This document shows, one piece after another, positions 1 through 9,817 of a stretch of DNA of 64,000 bases. Origin of the DNA: Dehalococcoidia bacterium (GTDB lineage: Bacteria; Chloroflexota; Dehalococcoidia; Bin125); NCBI GenBank assembly GCA_963662615.2, contig CAXXSR010000001.1, positions 1,056,001 through 1,120,000 on the forward strand, given 5' to 3'. The notes under the pieces are model-generated. The model was not told where the DNA came from. It did not search any database and was given only the letters and a program-made list of their open reading frames with translations. A program made the position numbers and the translations under genes. Position 1 is the first letter of the stretch, and each line of letters starts with the position of its first letter.

Positions 1-187
1 GCGTCAGCCAGCCCCGCGCCGCCAGCTTCTTCAGGAACCGACGCTTGAACTCCAGCGCACCGACCGGCTCCTCCTCACGCTCGTTCTGCAAGCGCCAGTG
101 ATCCGGCGGCAGCTCCTCCTGCAGGAACCGTCGCAGCTCCCCCCGGAACGCCTCTTCCGCCGCCGTGAACTGATAGTCGATTGGCAC
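1..187 (-). CDS. Acyl-CoA dehydrogenase, N-terminal part (runs off window edge)
   Basis: Manual translation MPIDYQFTAAEEAFRGELRRFLQEELP...FLKKLAARGWLT resembles the ACAD N-terminal helix; lies downstream of an enoyl-CoA hydratase. Confidence 0.8.
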   Translation of the reverse strand, partial: MPIDYQFTAAEEAFRGELRRFLQEELPPDHWRLQNEREEEPVGALEFKRRFLKKLAARGWLT

Positions 188-192
188 GAGCT

Positions 193-1107
193 CTACTCTT
201 CCTCGGACGTCTCGTCCCGCTCGATTCTTAGCTCGCCCGGTCCATGACTCGTATATGCAGCGACGAACACGTCACGCAATAACTGACGATTCTCAGCGAA
301 CTCGCTCGTGTTGACGCGGAATCGCGAAGCCTTACTACCAGCACCGCGGCCGAACAGCGGCAGGCCAGCCTCCTCGAGCTTAGTATTCCACTTCAGTTTT
401 TCGTCCGTTTGCGCGTCTACAAGTAGCCACTGTTTTTTCGGCCGCAGCGCCACAAACGCAGTGGATACGCCGTTCGCTGCAAATCCGATGTAATGCTTGT
501 TGTACTTCAGGGTCACCCCTGCAGCGAACTCCCGAATGATCCCGAGGCATCCGTCAGCCAGCGCCACCGTGGATGGACTGCCTTTCTGTTCCCAGTACTT
601 GCGATCCGCCGCGCTCGGAGGCTCCTCTTCAATACCGCCAATCTCGAATTCGTCGAGCACCGTAGCGAAGTGAAGCAGTATTTGGTCCCCCACGCGCAGC
701 GCCTGCATCTGGATTGCGATCAGTGGAACCGTTCGATTGAACAACTGGACGACGTTGATGAAGCGGCTTGTGATCTGCTCGGCAACAATCACTGCACAAT
801 GGTCGTACTGCGGGAATCGCCGCCTCTCAATGTCCCAGTACTCCAGCGTGCGGATAATGTGACTCTCGTCGAGCGCGCCGAGCATCAACTCGACCTCGTA
901 GCGGCGGTCGTTCTCCTCATCACTGAGTAGCAGGTCAAGGCGTCCGGCCTTCGGCTGTACCTTCTCTGAGTCTCTGTACTCTAGGTCTCCGAGGCCAAGG
1001 ACCGCCGGCTCCTTTGCGATGATCTTTTGAACCCACTTCTCGTTGAACTGCGGATGATCTTTTAGCGATATGACTTCGTGCTTCGTGTACGTGAGTTTCT
1101 CAACCAT
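193..1107 (-). CDS. PD-(D/E)XK / NucS-like nuclease-domain protein
   Basis: GRLDLLL...YEVELMLG...YW motif; visibly less GC-biased than neighbours. Confidence 0.6.
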   Translation of the reverse strand: MVEKLTYTKHEVISLKDHPQFNEKWVQKIIAKEPAVLGLGDLEYRDSEKVQPKAGRLDLLLSDEENDRRYEVELMLGALDESHIIRTLEYWDIERRRFPQYDHCAVIVAEQITSRFINVVQLFNRTVPLIAIQMQALRVGDQILLHFATVLDEFEIGGIEEEPPSAADRKYWEQKGSPSTVALADGCLGIIREFAAGVTLKYNKHYIGFAANGVSTAFVALRPKKQWLLVDAQTDEKLKWNTKLEEAGLPLFGRGAGSKASRFRVNTSEFAENRQLLRDVFVAAYTSHGPGELRIERDETSEEE

Positions 1108-1115
1108 CCGTGCCC

Positions 1116-1931
1116 CTACCTTCCCACGAACCGCGGCGCCCGCTTCTCCCGAAACGCTCGCGGCCCTTCCCGAGAATCCTCCGTAGTCCGCACGATCACC
1201 ATCGCCTGCTCTGCCATCTCCAGCGCCTCGTGCAGCCCCACCTCCTGCGACCGATACGCCAGCCGCTTCAACAGCTGCACCGCCACCGCCGGCCCGTTCG
1301 CGATCGCCTCGGCAAACGCCATCGTCTCTTGCATCAGCTCGTCGTGCGGCACGACGCGGGTCACGTAGCCCATCGCCAGCGCCTCCTCCGCGTCGAAGAT
1401 GCGGGCCGTCCAGAACAGCTCCAGCGCCCGCGCCATCCCCACGATGCGCGGCAGGAAGTAGGCGCCGCCGTTGCCCGGGACGAGGCCCATGCGCGCGTAG
1501 GCGGTGCCGAAGCGCGCTCGATCCGAGGCGATGCGCAGGTCCGCCATGGACGCCATGTCCATCCCCGCCCCCACAGCCCCCCCGTTCACCGCCGCGATGT
1601 ACGGCTTCTCCAGGCTCTGCAGCGCCCGCGGGATCCGCTGCACGCTGTCGCGTAGCCGATTTCGGTTCGCGGCCGGCTCCTTGCTGACCGCCCCGATCGA
1701 CGCCGCGCCGGCGCCGCCGCCCTCCGAGACGTCCGCGCCGGCGCAGAAGCCGCGCCCCGCCCCGGTCACGATCACTGCGCGCACGCCGTCGTCACCATGG
1801 GCCCGCAGGATCGCCTCGTGCCAGAGGTCGATCATCTCCGTCGAGAACGCGTTCATCCGCGCCGGACGGTTCAGGGTGATGGTCGCCACGTACCTTTGCA
1901 CGTCGTACAGCAGTGCCCGCTCACTCGTCAT
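1116..1931 (-). CDS. Enoyl-CoA hydratase/isomerase
   Basis: FCAGAD, KPYIAAVNGGAVGAG, EGPRAFREKRAPRF motifs. Confidence 0.95.
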   Translation of the reverse strand: MTSERALLYDVQRYVATITLNRPARMNAFSTEMIDLWHEAILRAHGDDGVRAVIVTGAGRGFCAGADVSEGGGAGAASIGAVSKEPAANRNRLRDSVQRIPRALQSLEKPYIAAVNGGAVGAGMDMASMADLRIASDRARFGTAYARMGLVPGNGGAYFLPRIVGMARALELFWTARIFDAEEALAMGYVTRVVPHDELMQETMAFAEAIANGPAVAVQLLKRLAYRSQEVGLHEALEMAEQAMVIVRTTEDSREGPRAFREKRAPRFVGR

Positions 1932-1990
1932 CGCGCCCTCGCCCCTTCGTCTCGATTGTCGCCCTGCCTGCCCACGCTCCCAGCGGCGGC

Positions 1991-2785
1991 TCAGTTCATC
2001 TCAATGCCGCCGTCCACGTTCAGCGACTGGCCGGTGATGTTGTGCGCATCCTCCGACGCCAGGAAGACCACGGCTTTGCCGACATCCTCCGGCGTCTGCT
2101 CCCGGCCCAGCGGACACTGCTCCTTGACGTAGCGCTCGAAGATCTCGCGCCGCTCCACCACCGACGGCGTCGCGTCCCGCCCCGCCATCGCCTCGATCTG
2201 CCGCCACAGGTTCGTCCACAGCAGCCCCGGACAGACCGCATTGACGTTGACGTTGCTCCGCGCGAGGTCGTGCGCCAGCGTTTGCGTGAGGTTGATCGCC
2301 CCCGCCTTTGAGGCGTTGTAGGGCGCCATCCCCTGCTGTCCCCGCCGTCCCGCGATGGAGGCGATGTTCACAATCTTGCCGCCCCCCGCCGACTTGAAAT
2401 GCGGCACCACGGCGCTGCTCATGATCCACATGCCCCTGAGGTTGACCTCATAGCACATGTCCCAGTCCTCCGGCGTGATGCGCCCGCCGCCGATGTGCTG
2501 GGCCACCACGCCGGCGTTGTTGACCAGGACGTCCACCTGCCCTCGTTCTGCGATCGCCCGCTCAACTCCGGCCGCCGCCGACGCCGGGTCGGTGACGTCC
2601 ACCTCCACCACCGTGCACTGGCGCCCCTCCTCGCGCACCTCGCCCGCCGTCCGCTCCGCGTTCCCCAGGTCGATATCGGCGATGACGATGTCGGCGCCCT
2701 CCTTGGCCAGCTCCAGCACGATGCCGCGGCCAACCCCCCGACCGCCCCCGGTCACGATCGCCGTCTTGCCCTCAAGCCGCCCCAT
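1991..2785 (-). CDS. Short-chain dehydrogenase/reductase
   Basis: TGGGRGVG, NNAG, YNASK motifs; GAGGAGG SD before ATG 2785. Confidence 0.95.
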   Translation of the reverse strand: MGRLEGKTAIVTGGGRGVGRGIVLELAKEGADIVIADIDLGNAERTAGEVREEGRQCTVVEVDVTDPASAAAGVERAIAERGQVDVLVNNAGVVAQHIGGGRITPEDWDMCYEVNLRGMWIMSSAVVPHFKSAGGGKIVNIASIAGRRGQQGMAPYNASKAGAINLTQTLAHDLARSNVNVNAVCPGLLWTNLWRQIEAMAGRDATPSVVERREIFERYVKEQCPLGREQTPEDVGKAVVFLASEDAHNITGQSLNVDGGIEMN

Positions 2786-2905
2786 CTTGTCCTCCTCGCC
2801 GAACCGCACCGCTCAAAGCGAACCTGTACCGCTTGTGGCAGACTCGTCCCGCCCGTGTCGAACTCGCACCGCTCGCGCTGAACTCGTCCCGACCGTGGCG
2901 AGTTC

Positions 2906-2959
2906 CTCCCGCTCGTGGTGAGCCCCTCCCGCTCGTGGTGAGCCTGTCGAACCACGAGC
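2906..2959. repeat. REP-like palindrome (loop GAGCCTGTCGA) with partial duplication
   Basis: GCTCGTGGT-GAGCCTGTCGA-ACCACGAGC perfect 9-bp stem, preceded by a duplicated left arm. Confidence 0.8.
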
Positions 2960-3022
2960 CTGCCCGCCGTCGGCCGCCGGGAGGATAACCGGCCCCGTGC
3001 GCCGCAGGAAGGACCGACCGCG

Positions 3023-3742
3023 CTACTCCCCCGTGAGCCGCACCAACGCCCCCACCCCTACGCCGTTTTCCTCGAACCATCCCTGGCACACTTCCAGCGC
3101 CCACCGATACGCCGCCGCGGGAACGTGCAGCGTCGTCGTCAGCGGCTCCATGTCCTGGATCTCACGGATCACGCCCTCCGCGTCAATGAAGGCGATGCTC
3201 AAGGGCGCCACGGTGTCCATCATCCAGAAGCCACCCCGCGTATCCGCCGGGAAGAGGAACAGCATTCCCGCGCCGTCCGACAGTGACGGCCGGAACATGA
3301 GCCCGCGCGACCGTCTCGCGGGCGTGTCAGCCAGCTCCGCGCGCAGCACACGCTTTGCTCCGCCAACCGCCGTCACCTCCACCAGCGCCGTCGCGAAGAT
3401 GATCTCGTTGGGCTGCTCCCACACGACGGCCTCCACCGCGCGCAGCCAGTACGCCTCACCCCGTTCCAGCACTGCCAGCGTCGCGATCGACGGCACGGCG
3501 GGGAAGTAGCTCGACCATGAAGCGCTTTCCGCCTCCCAGTGCCAGACCGCGGTGACCGCCTCGGCCACGCCGGCCAGGGCCCGATCCACCGGCAGGGTCT
3601 CGCCTTGATAGGCCACGTTGTTCAGGCCCGATCGCAGCGGCACGCTCAGGCCGGCGCCCGCCTCGACTCGCGGGCCCGCCTGCGGCAGCCACATAGCTGC
3701 CGCGAGCACGACCGGCACGGCGATGCGGAGAAGCCACGTCAT
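3023..3742 (-). CDS. DUF192-domain exported protein
   Basis: Signal peptide; ELADTP...RGLMFR...GMLFLF...FWMMDT..PLSIAFID...ALEV motif. Confidence 0.9.
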   Translation of the reverse strand: MTWLLRIAVPVVLAAAMWLPQAGPRVEAGAGLSVPLRSGLNNVAYQGETLPVDRALAGVAEAVTAVWHWEAESASWSSYFPAVPSIATLAVLERGEAYWLRAVEAVVWEQPNEIIFATALVEVTAVGGAKRVLRAELADTPARRSRGLMFRPSLSDGAGMLFLFPADTRGGFWMMDTVAPLSIAFIDAEGVIREIQDMEPLTTTLHVPAAAYRWALEVCQGWFEENGVGVGALVRLTGE

Positions 3743-3754
3743 CGGGCCAGTTTA

Positions 3755-3900
3755 CGCTGAGGTTGTCCGCCACTGCGCTAGCCAAGCCAGGCATTCGGGA
3801 CACCGAGGCGACGGGCAATCCCACCATTCAGAACCTGCTCGTTGAGGTGCAGCGCTGGGTGGACCGCAACGCCTGGTTCCTGCGCGCCCACCTGCGCTGA
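3755..3900 (+). pseudogene. Dps/ferritin-like C-terminal remnant
   Basis: 3790-3900 translates GIRDTEATGNPTIQNLLVEVQRWVDRNAWFLRAHLR*, like the Dps last helix; no 5' part present. Confidence 0.6.
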
Positions 3901-3940
3901 CCGACTCAGCGCCGCGGGTCGCTACTCGACGGGCGCGTCC

Positions 3941-4645
3941 CTATTCGAGAACCGAGTCCAGCTTGCTTTGGTAGTAGACGCCCATGGCGGCGTTGGCATC
4001 GACAATCTCCTTCAGCGACGCCGCCACATCGCCCCACTTCGCGCCCGGCACGCTGACGTACAGATCGCTGTCGGGCAGGCCGGTGTACGTGCGACTGCCC
4101 TTGCAGCCCAGCGACATGGCCGCAACGCCCCCGTTCACCGTCAGCGGCACCAGGGCGCACCCAGGGCGGCCCAGCATGCTCGCCACGGCATCGCCGGCGC
4201 CCGCCCGTATCGCCGCTTCGTTGAGCAGCATCGCCTGCGCTGGCTCCGCCGCCACCACCACGACGTCCGGGTCGAACGCCCCCTCGTCTGCCCGTCCGTA
4301 CGCCACGAACGCGTGCGACGCCGGCATCGTCGGGATCGACGGCACGTCCTCCGGTTGGAGGTATTTCTGCGTCACCATGAAGCCGATCGTCTCGTCCAAC
4401 TCCGCCGCTCGGCCTTGGGGCAGCGGGATGTTGTGCGTGTACGCCCCTACGGCGCAGTTGGCGTGGTCGCCCTGCTCCGTGTAGAAGGCGTCACCCTCCT
4501 GCGCCGTCTGCCAGAAGGCACAGCCCGCCGGGACGGCGCCCCCATCGTATTTCCGCACTCCCGCCGGCGCCTCGTCGAAGAATCCGATCGCGACTGGCGG
4601 CCGGCTCAGCCCCAGCAGCTCTTGCACACGCGCGCGCTGCACCAT
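3941..4645 (-). CDS. DUF169-family protein
   Basis: PPVAIGF, GCAFW, NCAVG, RPGCAL, SLGCKGSRTY Cys pattern. Confidence 0.8.
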   Translation of the reverse strand: MVQRARVQELLGLSRPPVAIGFFDEAPAGVRKYDGGAVPAGCAFWQTAQEGDAFYTEQGDHANCAVGAYTHNIPLPQGRAAELDETIGFMVTQKYLQPEDVPSIPTMPASHAFVAYGRADEGAFDPDVVVVAAEPAQAMLLNEAAIRAGAGDAVASMLGRPGCALVPLTVNGGVAAMSLGCKGSRTYTGLPDSDLYVSVPGAKWGDVAASLKEIVDANAAMGVYYQSKLDSVLE

Positions 4646-4721
4646 ATCGCTCCCTCTCGTCACACGGACTGGCCGCCTCATTCGCACCCAGCCTCTGCGA
4701 GGGTAGCGTATCCGCCGGCCC

Positions 4722-5564
4722 CTAGGCGGGCTTGCGAGCGGAGATGTCGGCCGAGCGCACGTTGTCGTGCTCCCCCTCGCCGATCGCGACGCGCACATCC
4801 ACGAAGCCGGCCGCCCCCAACTGCCGCGCGAATTCGTCCGGCCGCAGCGCGCCGGCGATGCAGCCCGCCCACTCCGACAGATACTCGCTCTTCGCGACGT
4901 CCAGCTCCTTCGTCAGGACCACATCGCTGACGCGAAAGCGTCCGCCCGGCTTCAGCGCCCGATACGCCTCCCGCAACACGCGCGGCTTATCGGGCGAAAG
5001 ATTGATCACGCAGTTGGAGATGAGCACGTCCACCGACTCGTCCTGGACCGGCAGCGCCTCGATCTGACCCCGGCGGAACTCCACGTTCGTCGCGCCCACT
5101 TTGGCCGCGTTGCCCCGCGCCAGCGCGATCATCTCCTCCGTCATATCGACGCCGATCACGCGGCCCCCGGGCCCCACTCGCTGCGCCGCCAGAAAACAGT
5201 CGATCCCCCCGCCCGATCCCAGGTCGAGCACGGTTTCGCCCGGCGCCAGCTCGGCGATCGCGGTCGGGTTGCCGCAGCCCAGCGCCGCCCCCGTGACGCT
5301 CGCTGGCAGCGCCGACGTCTCGCTGGCCTGGTAGAACGCCTTCACCGCCTCGATCTGCGCCTCGGAGGTCCCGTCCGGCGCGCAGCAGCCGGCCTCTGCG
5401 TCGTCGATCACTGCGACGACTTCGCCGGCCTGCGCGGGTCCGCACCCACCCGCGGGCCGCGTGCTCCCTGCCAGTTCGCGCCTGGCGATGCCGCCGTAGC
5501 GTTCGCGTACGGCCTCCCTGACCGTGTCCTCGTCCTGCCGCTGGTTGGCCAACGGATTGCTCAT
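4722..5564 (-). CDS. arsM: Arsenite methyltransferase
   Basis: [36 protein letters not shown] plus N-terminal CC. Confidence 0.9.
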   Translation of the reverse strand: MSNPLANQRQDEDTVREAVRERYGGIARRELAGSTRPAGGCGPAQAGEVVAVIDDAEAGCCAPDGTSEAQIEAVKAFYQASETSALPASVTGAALGCGNPTAIAELAPGETVLDLGSGGGIDCFLAAQRVGPGGRVIGVDMTEEMIALARGNAAKVGATNVEFRRGQIEALPVQDESVDVLISNCVINLSPDKPRVLREAYRALKPGGRFRVSDVVLTKELDVAKSEYLSEWAGCIAGALRPDEFARQLGAAGFVDVRVAIGEGEHDNVRSADISARKPA

Positions 5565-5992
5565 CAGTCGTCTCCTTTCGTCGTGGCGCACGTTGGACAG
5601 CACGCCGGCTCCAGCGTCATCTCGTGCAGTGGCACGTCGCCTTGCGCCGCCGCCACCACCCGACCAATGGCGGGGAGATGCCGCGCCCAGGCCTCGGCGC
5701 CTAGGCGCAACGCCTCTCGGCCCTCCGTCGTCAGACGGCACACGTTGCGCGTCCGCCCGCTCTTGGTCTCAGCGCGACAGGCGATCAGCCCGGCCGCCTC
5801 CAGGTCGCGCAACCCCGGATAGATCATCGCGTCCGACGGATCGCAGCAGCCGTCGCAGAACTCGCGAATCGCGCGCGCGATGTCGTAACCGTGACGCGGC
5901 TGGTCGGTCAGCGCCGCCAGCATAAAGAGCCGGCCGGCGCTGTGCATAATGCCGGTCTCCCAGTAGTCGGGGCTGGTCAGGTCGGCGGCCAT
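5564..5992 (-). CDS. PadR-family regulator, Cys-rich
   Basis: HGYDI...[12 protein letters not shown]...LTTEG wHTH; CDGCC and C-terminal CCPTC; TGATG overlap with arsM. Confidence 0.9.
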   Translation of the reverse strand: MAADLTSPDYWETGIMHSAGRLFMLAALTDQPRHGYDIARAIREFCDGCCDPSDAMIYPGLRDLEAAGLIACRAETKSGRTRNVCRLTTEGREALRLGAEAWARHLPAIGRVVAAAQGDVPLHEMTLEPACCPTCATTKGDD

Positions 5993-6049
5993 GGGACCTC
6001 CACGTTCCGTTGCGCACGTTTCTTCGCGCCTCTGGTCATGTCGGGGCGC

Positions 6050-6085
6050 TATATCGCATACAGATATATAGGATAACGATGTATG
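6050..6085. promoter_or_regulatory. AT-rich inverted repeats, candidate PadR operator/divergent promoter
   Basis: TATATC-N7-GATATA and CATACA-N17-TGTATG between divergent padR and queD. Confidence 0.45.
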
Positions 6086-6162
6086 AACGCAAGTCGGGAT
6101 CTGTTCACTCCGTTACGCTCGCCCCGCCAGCGCCGCGCGCCCGCGGCGGGGAGGATGTCGCC

Positions 6163-6660
6163 ATGCCCTATCGCGTCACCGTCGAGCGGAACCGGCTGCG
6201 CTTCGCCGCCGGCCATTTCGCCACCTTCGCCGACGAGCTCGAGCCCATCCACGGCCACAACTACGACCTCTTCGTCGAGGTCGAAGGCCCCCTCACCGAA
6301 GAGTCGTGGCTGATCGACTTTTCGCTCCTCAAGCGGCTCGCCCGCGACGTCTGCCAGACGCTGGACCACAAGTTCCTCCTGCAGATGGACTCGCGCACCC
6401 TCGCCATCCGCGACCTCGACAGCCACTTCGAGGTCCAGTACCGCGACCAACCGCCGTACCGCCTGCCCAAGCGCGACGTCGCTGCCCTCCCCATCGACAA
6501 CACCACCGCCGAGCGCCTCGCCGAGTACATCGCTGGGCAGCTCAAGCCGGCCCTCGCCGCCGATGCCCCGCCCGGCCTCGTCCGCCTGCGTGTGGGCGTG
6601 GAAGAGATGCCGGGCCAGGCCGGCTGGTACGAGACGGACCTAAGCGCATCGCCCCGCTGA
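6163..6660 (+). CDS. queD: 6-pyruvoyl-tetrahydropterin synthase / QueD family
   Basis: FAAGHF, IHGHNY, IDF, LDHKFL, NTTAERLA. Confidence 0.8.
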   Translation: MPYRVTVERNRLRFAAGHFATFADELEPIHGHNYDLFVEVEGPLTEESWLIDFSLLKRLARDVCQTLDHKFLLQMDSRTLAIRDLDSHFEVQYRDQPPYRLPKRDVAALPIDNTTAERLAEYIAGQLKPALAADAPPGLVRLRVGVEEMPGQAGWYETDLSASPR

Positions 6661-6670
6661 ATTAAGGGCC

Positions 6671-6743
6671 GATCATCAAGTCCCAGCGCGAGCGCCCGCC
6701 AGGGCCGCGCTGGCCCGGACAAACCGCGAGCGCGTGCGAAAAA
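6671..6743 (+). repeat. Dispersed ~75-bp repeat, copy 1
   Basis: GATCATCAAG..GCGCGAGCG...CCGCGAGCGCGTGCGAAAAA; similar to 14967 and 62968. Confidence 0.7.
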
Positions 6744-6885
6744 GCCGTTCGCCCTGACCTGTCCTTCCGTCTGAGGAAGGAGCCTGTCGAAGGGTCGTCC
6801 TGACCTGTTCTTCCTTCTGAGGAAGGAGCTTGCCTGTCCTGATCCTTCCCTGCGGGAAGGACGAAGGGTCGAAGGGCGAACGGCA
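6744..6885. repeat. Composite nested REP-like cluster
   Basis: CCGTTCGCCCTGA...GCCTGTCGAAGGG arms with several inserted CCTGTCCT..AGGA hairpins. Confidence 0.8.
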
Positions 6886-6887
6886 AA

Positions 6888-6931
6888 CCCCCTCTCCATC
6901 CTTCCGAGGAAGGACGGAGAGGGGGCCGGGG
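6888..6931. repeat. Second palindrome family (CCCCCTCTCC/GGAGAGGGGG)
   Basis: Same arms as 27921; between convergent genes. Confidence 0.7.
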
Positions 6932-6950
6932 CTACGGTCCGTTCCTTGAC

Positions 6951-8764
6951 CTACGACGCCGCGATCGCGCACACCGCGAACACCTGCAGCTGCCAGAGCG
7001 GCGGCGGCGGGTCGTTTGGCTTCGTCTCAGGGAAGGTGCGCACCGCGACCACCTCCCACCCCGTTAGCTCAATGTCGAAGGGGGCGCTCCGCTGGAGGGC
7101 CACCTCGGACACGTTGAGTGCGATGCCGCCGTCCAGCAACACCTCGTATCCGCCCCCGATCGCCTTCTTGCCCGCCGGACAGAAGGCGACCACGCTGTGC
7201 ACCTCGCTCAAGTCAGCCGGACTCCCCGCAATGACCAACTCCAGCCCTGCCAGCCCTCCACTCGGACCCCCACCGCCAGAGGGGGCGGGACAGCCCTTCG
7301 GGCCGCTATTGGCGGGGCTCACCAGGTCGAGAGCAACCTCCGTGAAGGCGCCGGCAAGGACGTCGAACGAATCACTCGGGCAGGAGTCCCCGATGGTGAA
7401 GGTGACGGACGCAGCATCGGCGGAAAACACCAGGATCTCCCAGGTGAGCCCACCTAGGGACAGGGGCAAATTCGCGATGGTCGCCTCGCCCACGAGTTCG
7501 CCGCTTTCGTTGTCGGCTCGAACTACGGACCCGGCGGCGGCCAACTCGCCGTCTAGCAACGCCCCCGATCCAGTGCTCTCGCTTCCGAAGAACCCTTGAG
7601 GTGGCACCACTGGCGGCGGCTCCTGACCGCCACAGCCATTCGGCCCGCTATTGGCGAGGCTCACCAGGTCCAGCGCGACCTCGCTAAGCGTGCCGGACAC
7701 GACCGCAAAAGCGTCGCTTGGGCAGGAGTCGCCAATGCGGAATACCACCGTAGTAGCAACAGTTGGCTCCACCTGAATGACCCAGGTGCCATCCGTGATC
7801 GTCGTAGCATCCACCAGGACGCCCGCCTCGTTCGCAGCGCTTACTCCGGATCCGTCCGGCGCCTGGACCCCGTCCAGGAGCGCCGCCGAACCCGTGTTCA
7901 CGCTGCCGAAGAACTGGGCCGGCCCCGGCGGCACCGGCTCGATTTGCCCCCGCACTTGACCGGCCGGATTGGCCGCGGTGTGGACGTCGGCGTAGGTCTG
8001 GCCATTGCTGAGGGACGCGACGAAGGCCTCAAAATCCCCCGCCAGGACGTCCAGGAGGTCCGCGACGGTGATCGTGCCGCTCGTGAGCACGCCATCGACA
8101 GCGGGGTCGGCCGGCCCGAAGAGGAACGCCACCACCGTCCCGTTCACGTCCGGCTCGCCCAGGTGGATGTGCGCCTGCGTGATCTCCAACGCGTCCGAGG
8201 TCAGGGTGTAGTCCAGCGCCCCGTCCGTGACCATGGCATTGAAGCCGCCCGTCGCGATCGTGGTAATCGGCGGCACCACGGCGTCACCGCTCAGCGTCGC
8301 GCTGAACGACGTCGGCGGCGGCAGCGGCGGCGGCGCCTGACCGCCACAGCCACTCGTGCCGCTATTGGCGAGGCTCAAGAGGTCCAGCGCGACCTGGGTC
8401 AGCGTGCCGGACGCGACCGCAAAAGCGGCGCTTGGGCAGGAGTCTTCAATGCGGAATACGACCGTAGTGGCAGCAGTTGGCTCCACCTGAATGGCCCAGG
8501 TTCCATCCGTGATCGTCGTAGCATCCACCAGGACGCCCGCCTCGTTCGCAGCGCTCACTCCGGATCCGTCCGGCGCCTGGACCCCGTCCAGGAGCGCCGC
8601 CGATCCGGTGTTCACGCTGCCGAAGAACTGGGCCGGGGCCGGCGGGGCGCCTCCTGCGCCAGCGCTGCCGTCACTCCGTAAGCCATCGCCCCCATGATCG
8701 CCAGCGCGACCAGCGCCAGCGTCCCGCGCCTGCCCAGTGAACGCACAATCGTCAAAGTACTCAT
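6951..8764 (-). CDS. Secreted CHRD-domain protein with three ~95-aa repeats (frameshift near 8645, real or sequencing error)
   Basis: Signal peptide from ATG 8764 joins the 554-aa ORF after a 1-nt shift in a C run; AHIH...YADVHT..NPAGQVRGQI CHRD motif. Confidence 0.75.
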
Positions 8765-8859
8765 TGCTACTTCCTCGCTTTCACGCCGGAACCCGATCCG
8801 GCTCCGCTGATGAATGGACCGGGGCCGCATAGGTTACGGTCCACCGGCGGGACTTCTTG

Positions 8860-9351
8860 CTAAGGTGTGACTTCGCCCGGTGGAGGCCCCATGGGGTCGC
8901 TGCTGCAGTTAAGGCCGTCCGTCGGCGGACCATCCTTCGCCTGGCCCACCGAAGCCAGATCAAGGTCGACCTCTTCTATCTCGCCGGAAACCCACGGGAA
9001 CGACACACTTTCTTCGGAATAGGACCCGCGCGCCGAAATGATGAACCTGACGCTGGTAGCGCTCCCCGGGTCAACCTGAATAAACCAGACCCCCTGACAG
9101 ATGGGCGAGGCGCCAACAATATCTCCGCCCACGTTGAGGGCACTGACCACGCCGCCGCTCCGGATGTCCTTGCCGTCAAGCGTTGCCGGCGAGCCGTTTT
9201 CGAGGTCGCCATAAAATGCATGTGGCGGGGGCGGCGGCGGCTGTGCGCTGGCCGTCGATAAGCCGAAGGCCATCGCGCCCATGACCGCCAGCGCGACCAG
9301 CGCTAGCGTCCCGCGTCTGCCCAGTGACCGCATACTCGTCACATTTCTCAT
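8860..9351 (-). CDS. Secreted paralogue with a single copy of the same repeat domain
   Basis: Signal RSLGRRGTLALVALAxMGAMA shared with downstream gene; FYG...ATLDG...WFIQVDP. Confidence 0.75.
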   Translation of the reverse strand: MRNVTSMRSLGRRGTLALVALAVMGAMAFGLSTASAQPPPPPPHAFYGDLENGSPATLDGKDIRSGGVVSALNVGGDIVGASPICQGVWFIQVDPGSATSVRFIISARGSYSEESVSFPWVSGEIEEVDLDLASVGQAKDGPPTDGLNCSSDPMGPPPGEVTP

Positions 9352-9817
9352 CGTTGCTTCCTCACGTTCGCGCCGGAACCTGTTTCGGCTGCGCTGCTAG
9401 ATGCACGGGGATGCCCTCCGGTGCGGTCCACTCCCGCGATTGGCAACGCCGCCAAGAACGGCAGTCCAAACAGGGACTGGCCCATGGTTGCCGGCAGCGC
9501 CGGCTCGCCGAACCTCGCGTCAATCGATGTCATCTCTGCATCGCCCTCCCATTCCCCAGAGCCCATCGTCGCGCCGCCCATGCCATCCCAAACGACGGCG
9601 CGCCTCCATAGGTTCCGGATCCTCCCGAATGGTCGAAGTGCGCGGGAACTTACTAGAGCGCGATGTCGTTTGGCATCGTATGAACGACGACCACCGCAAC
9701 ATCCCCTGCCGCGACCCGCCCCCTCTGAGGCCCTAGCGCCGCGCCCCTCGATGGCGCGCGCGCACCTTGATCCCTCACCTTCACGTGAAGGATCCGACGG
9801 AAAGGAATTTTCTAATC

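Noticed and set aside
9348-9581. Small ORF upstream of the secreted paralogue
   Set aside because: No recognisable motif and it overlaps the duplicated leader; cannot be supported
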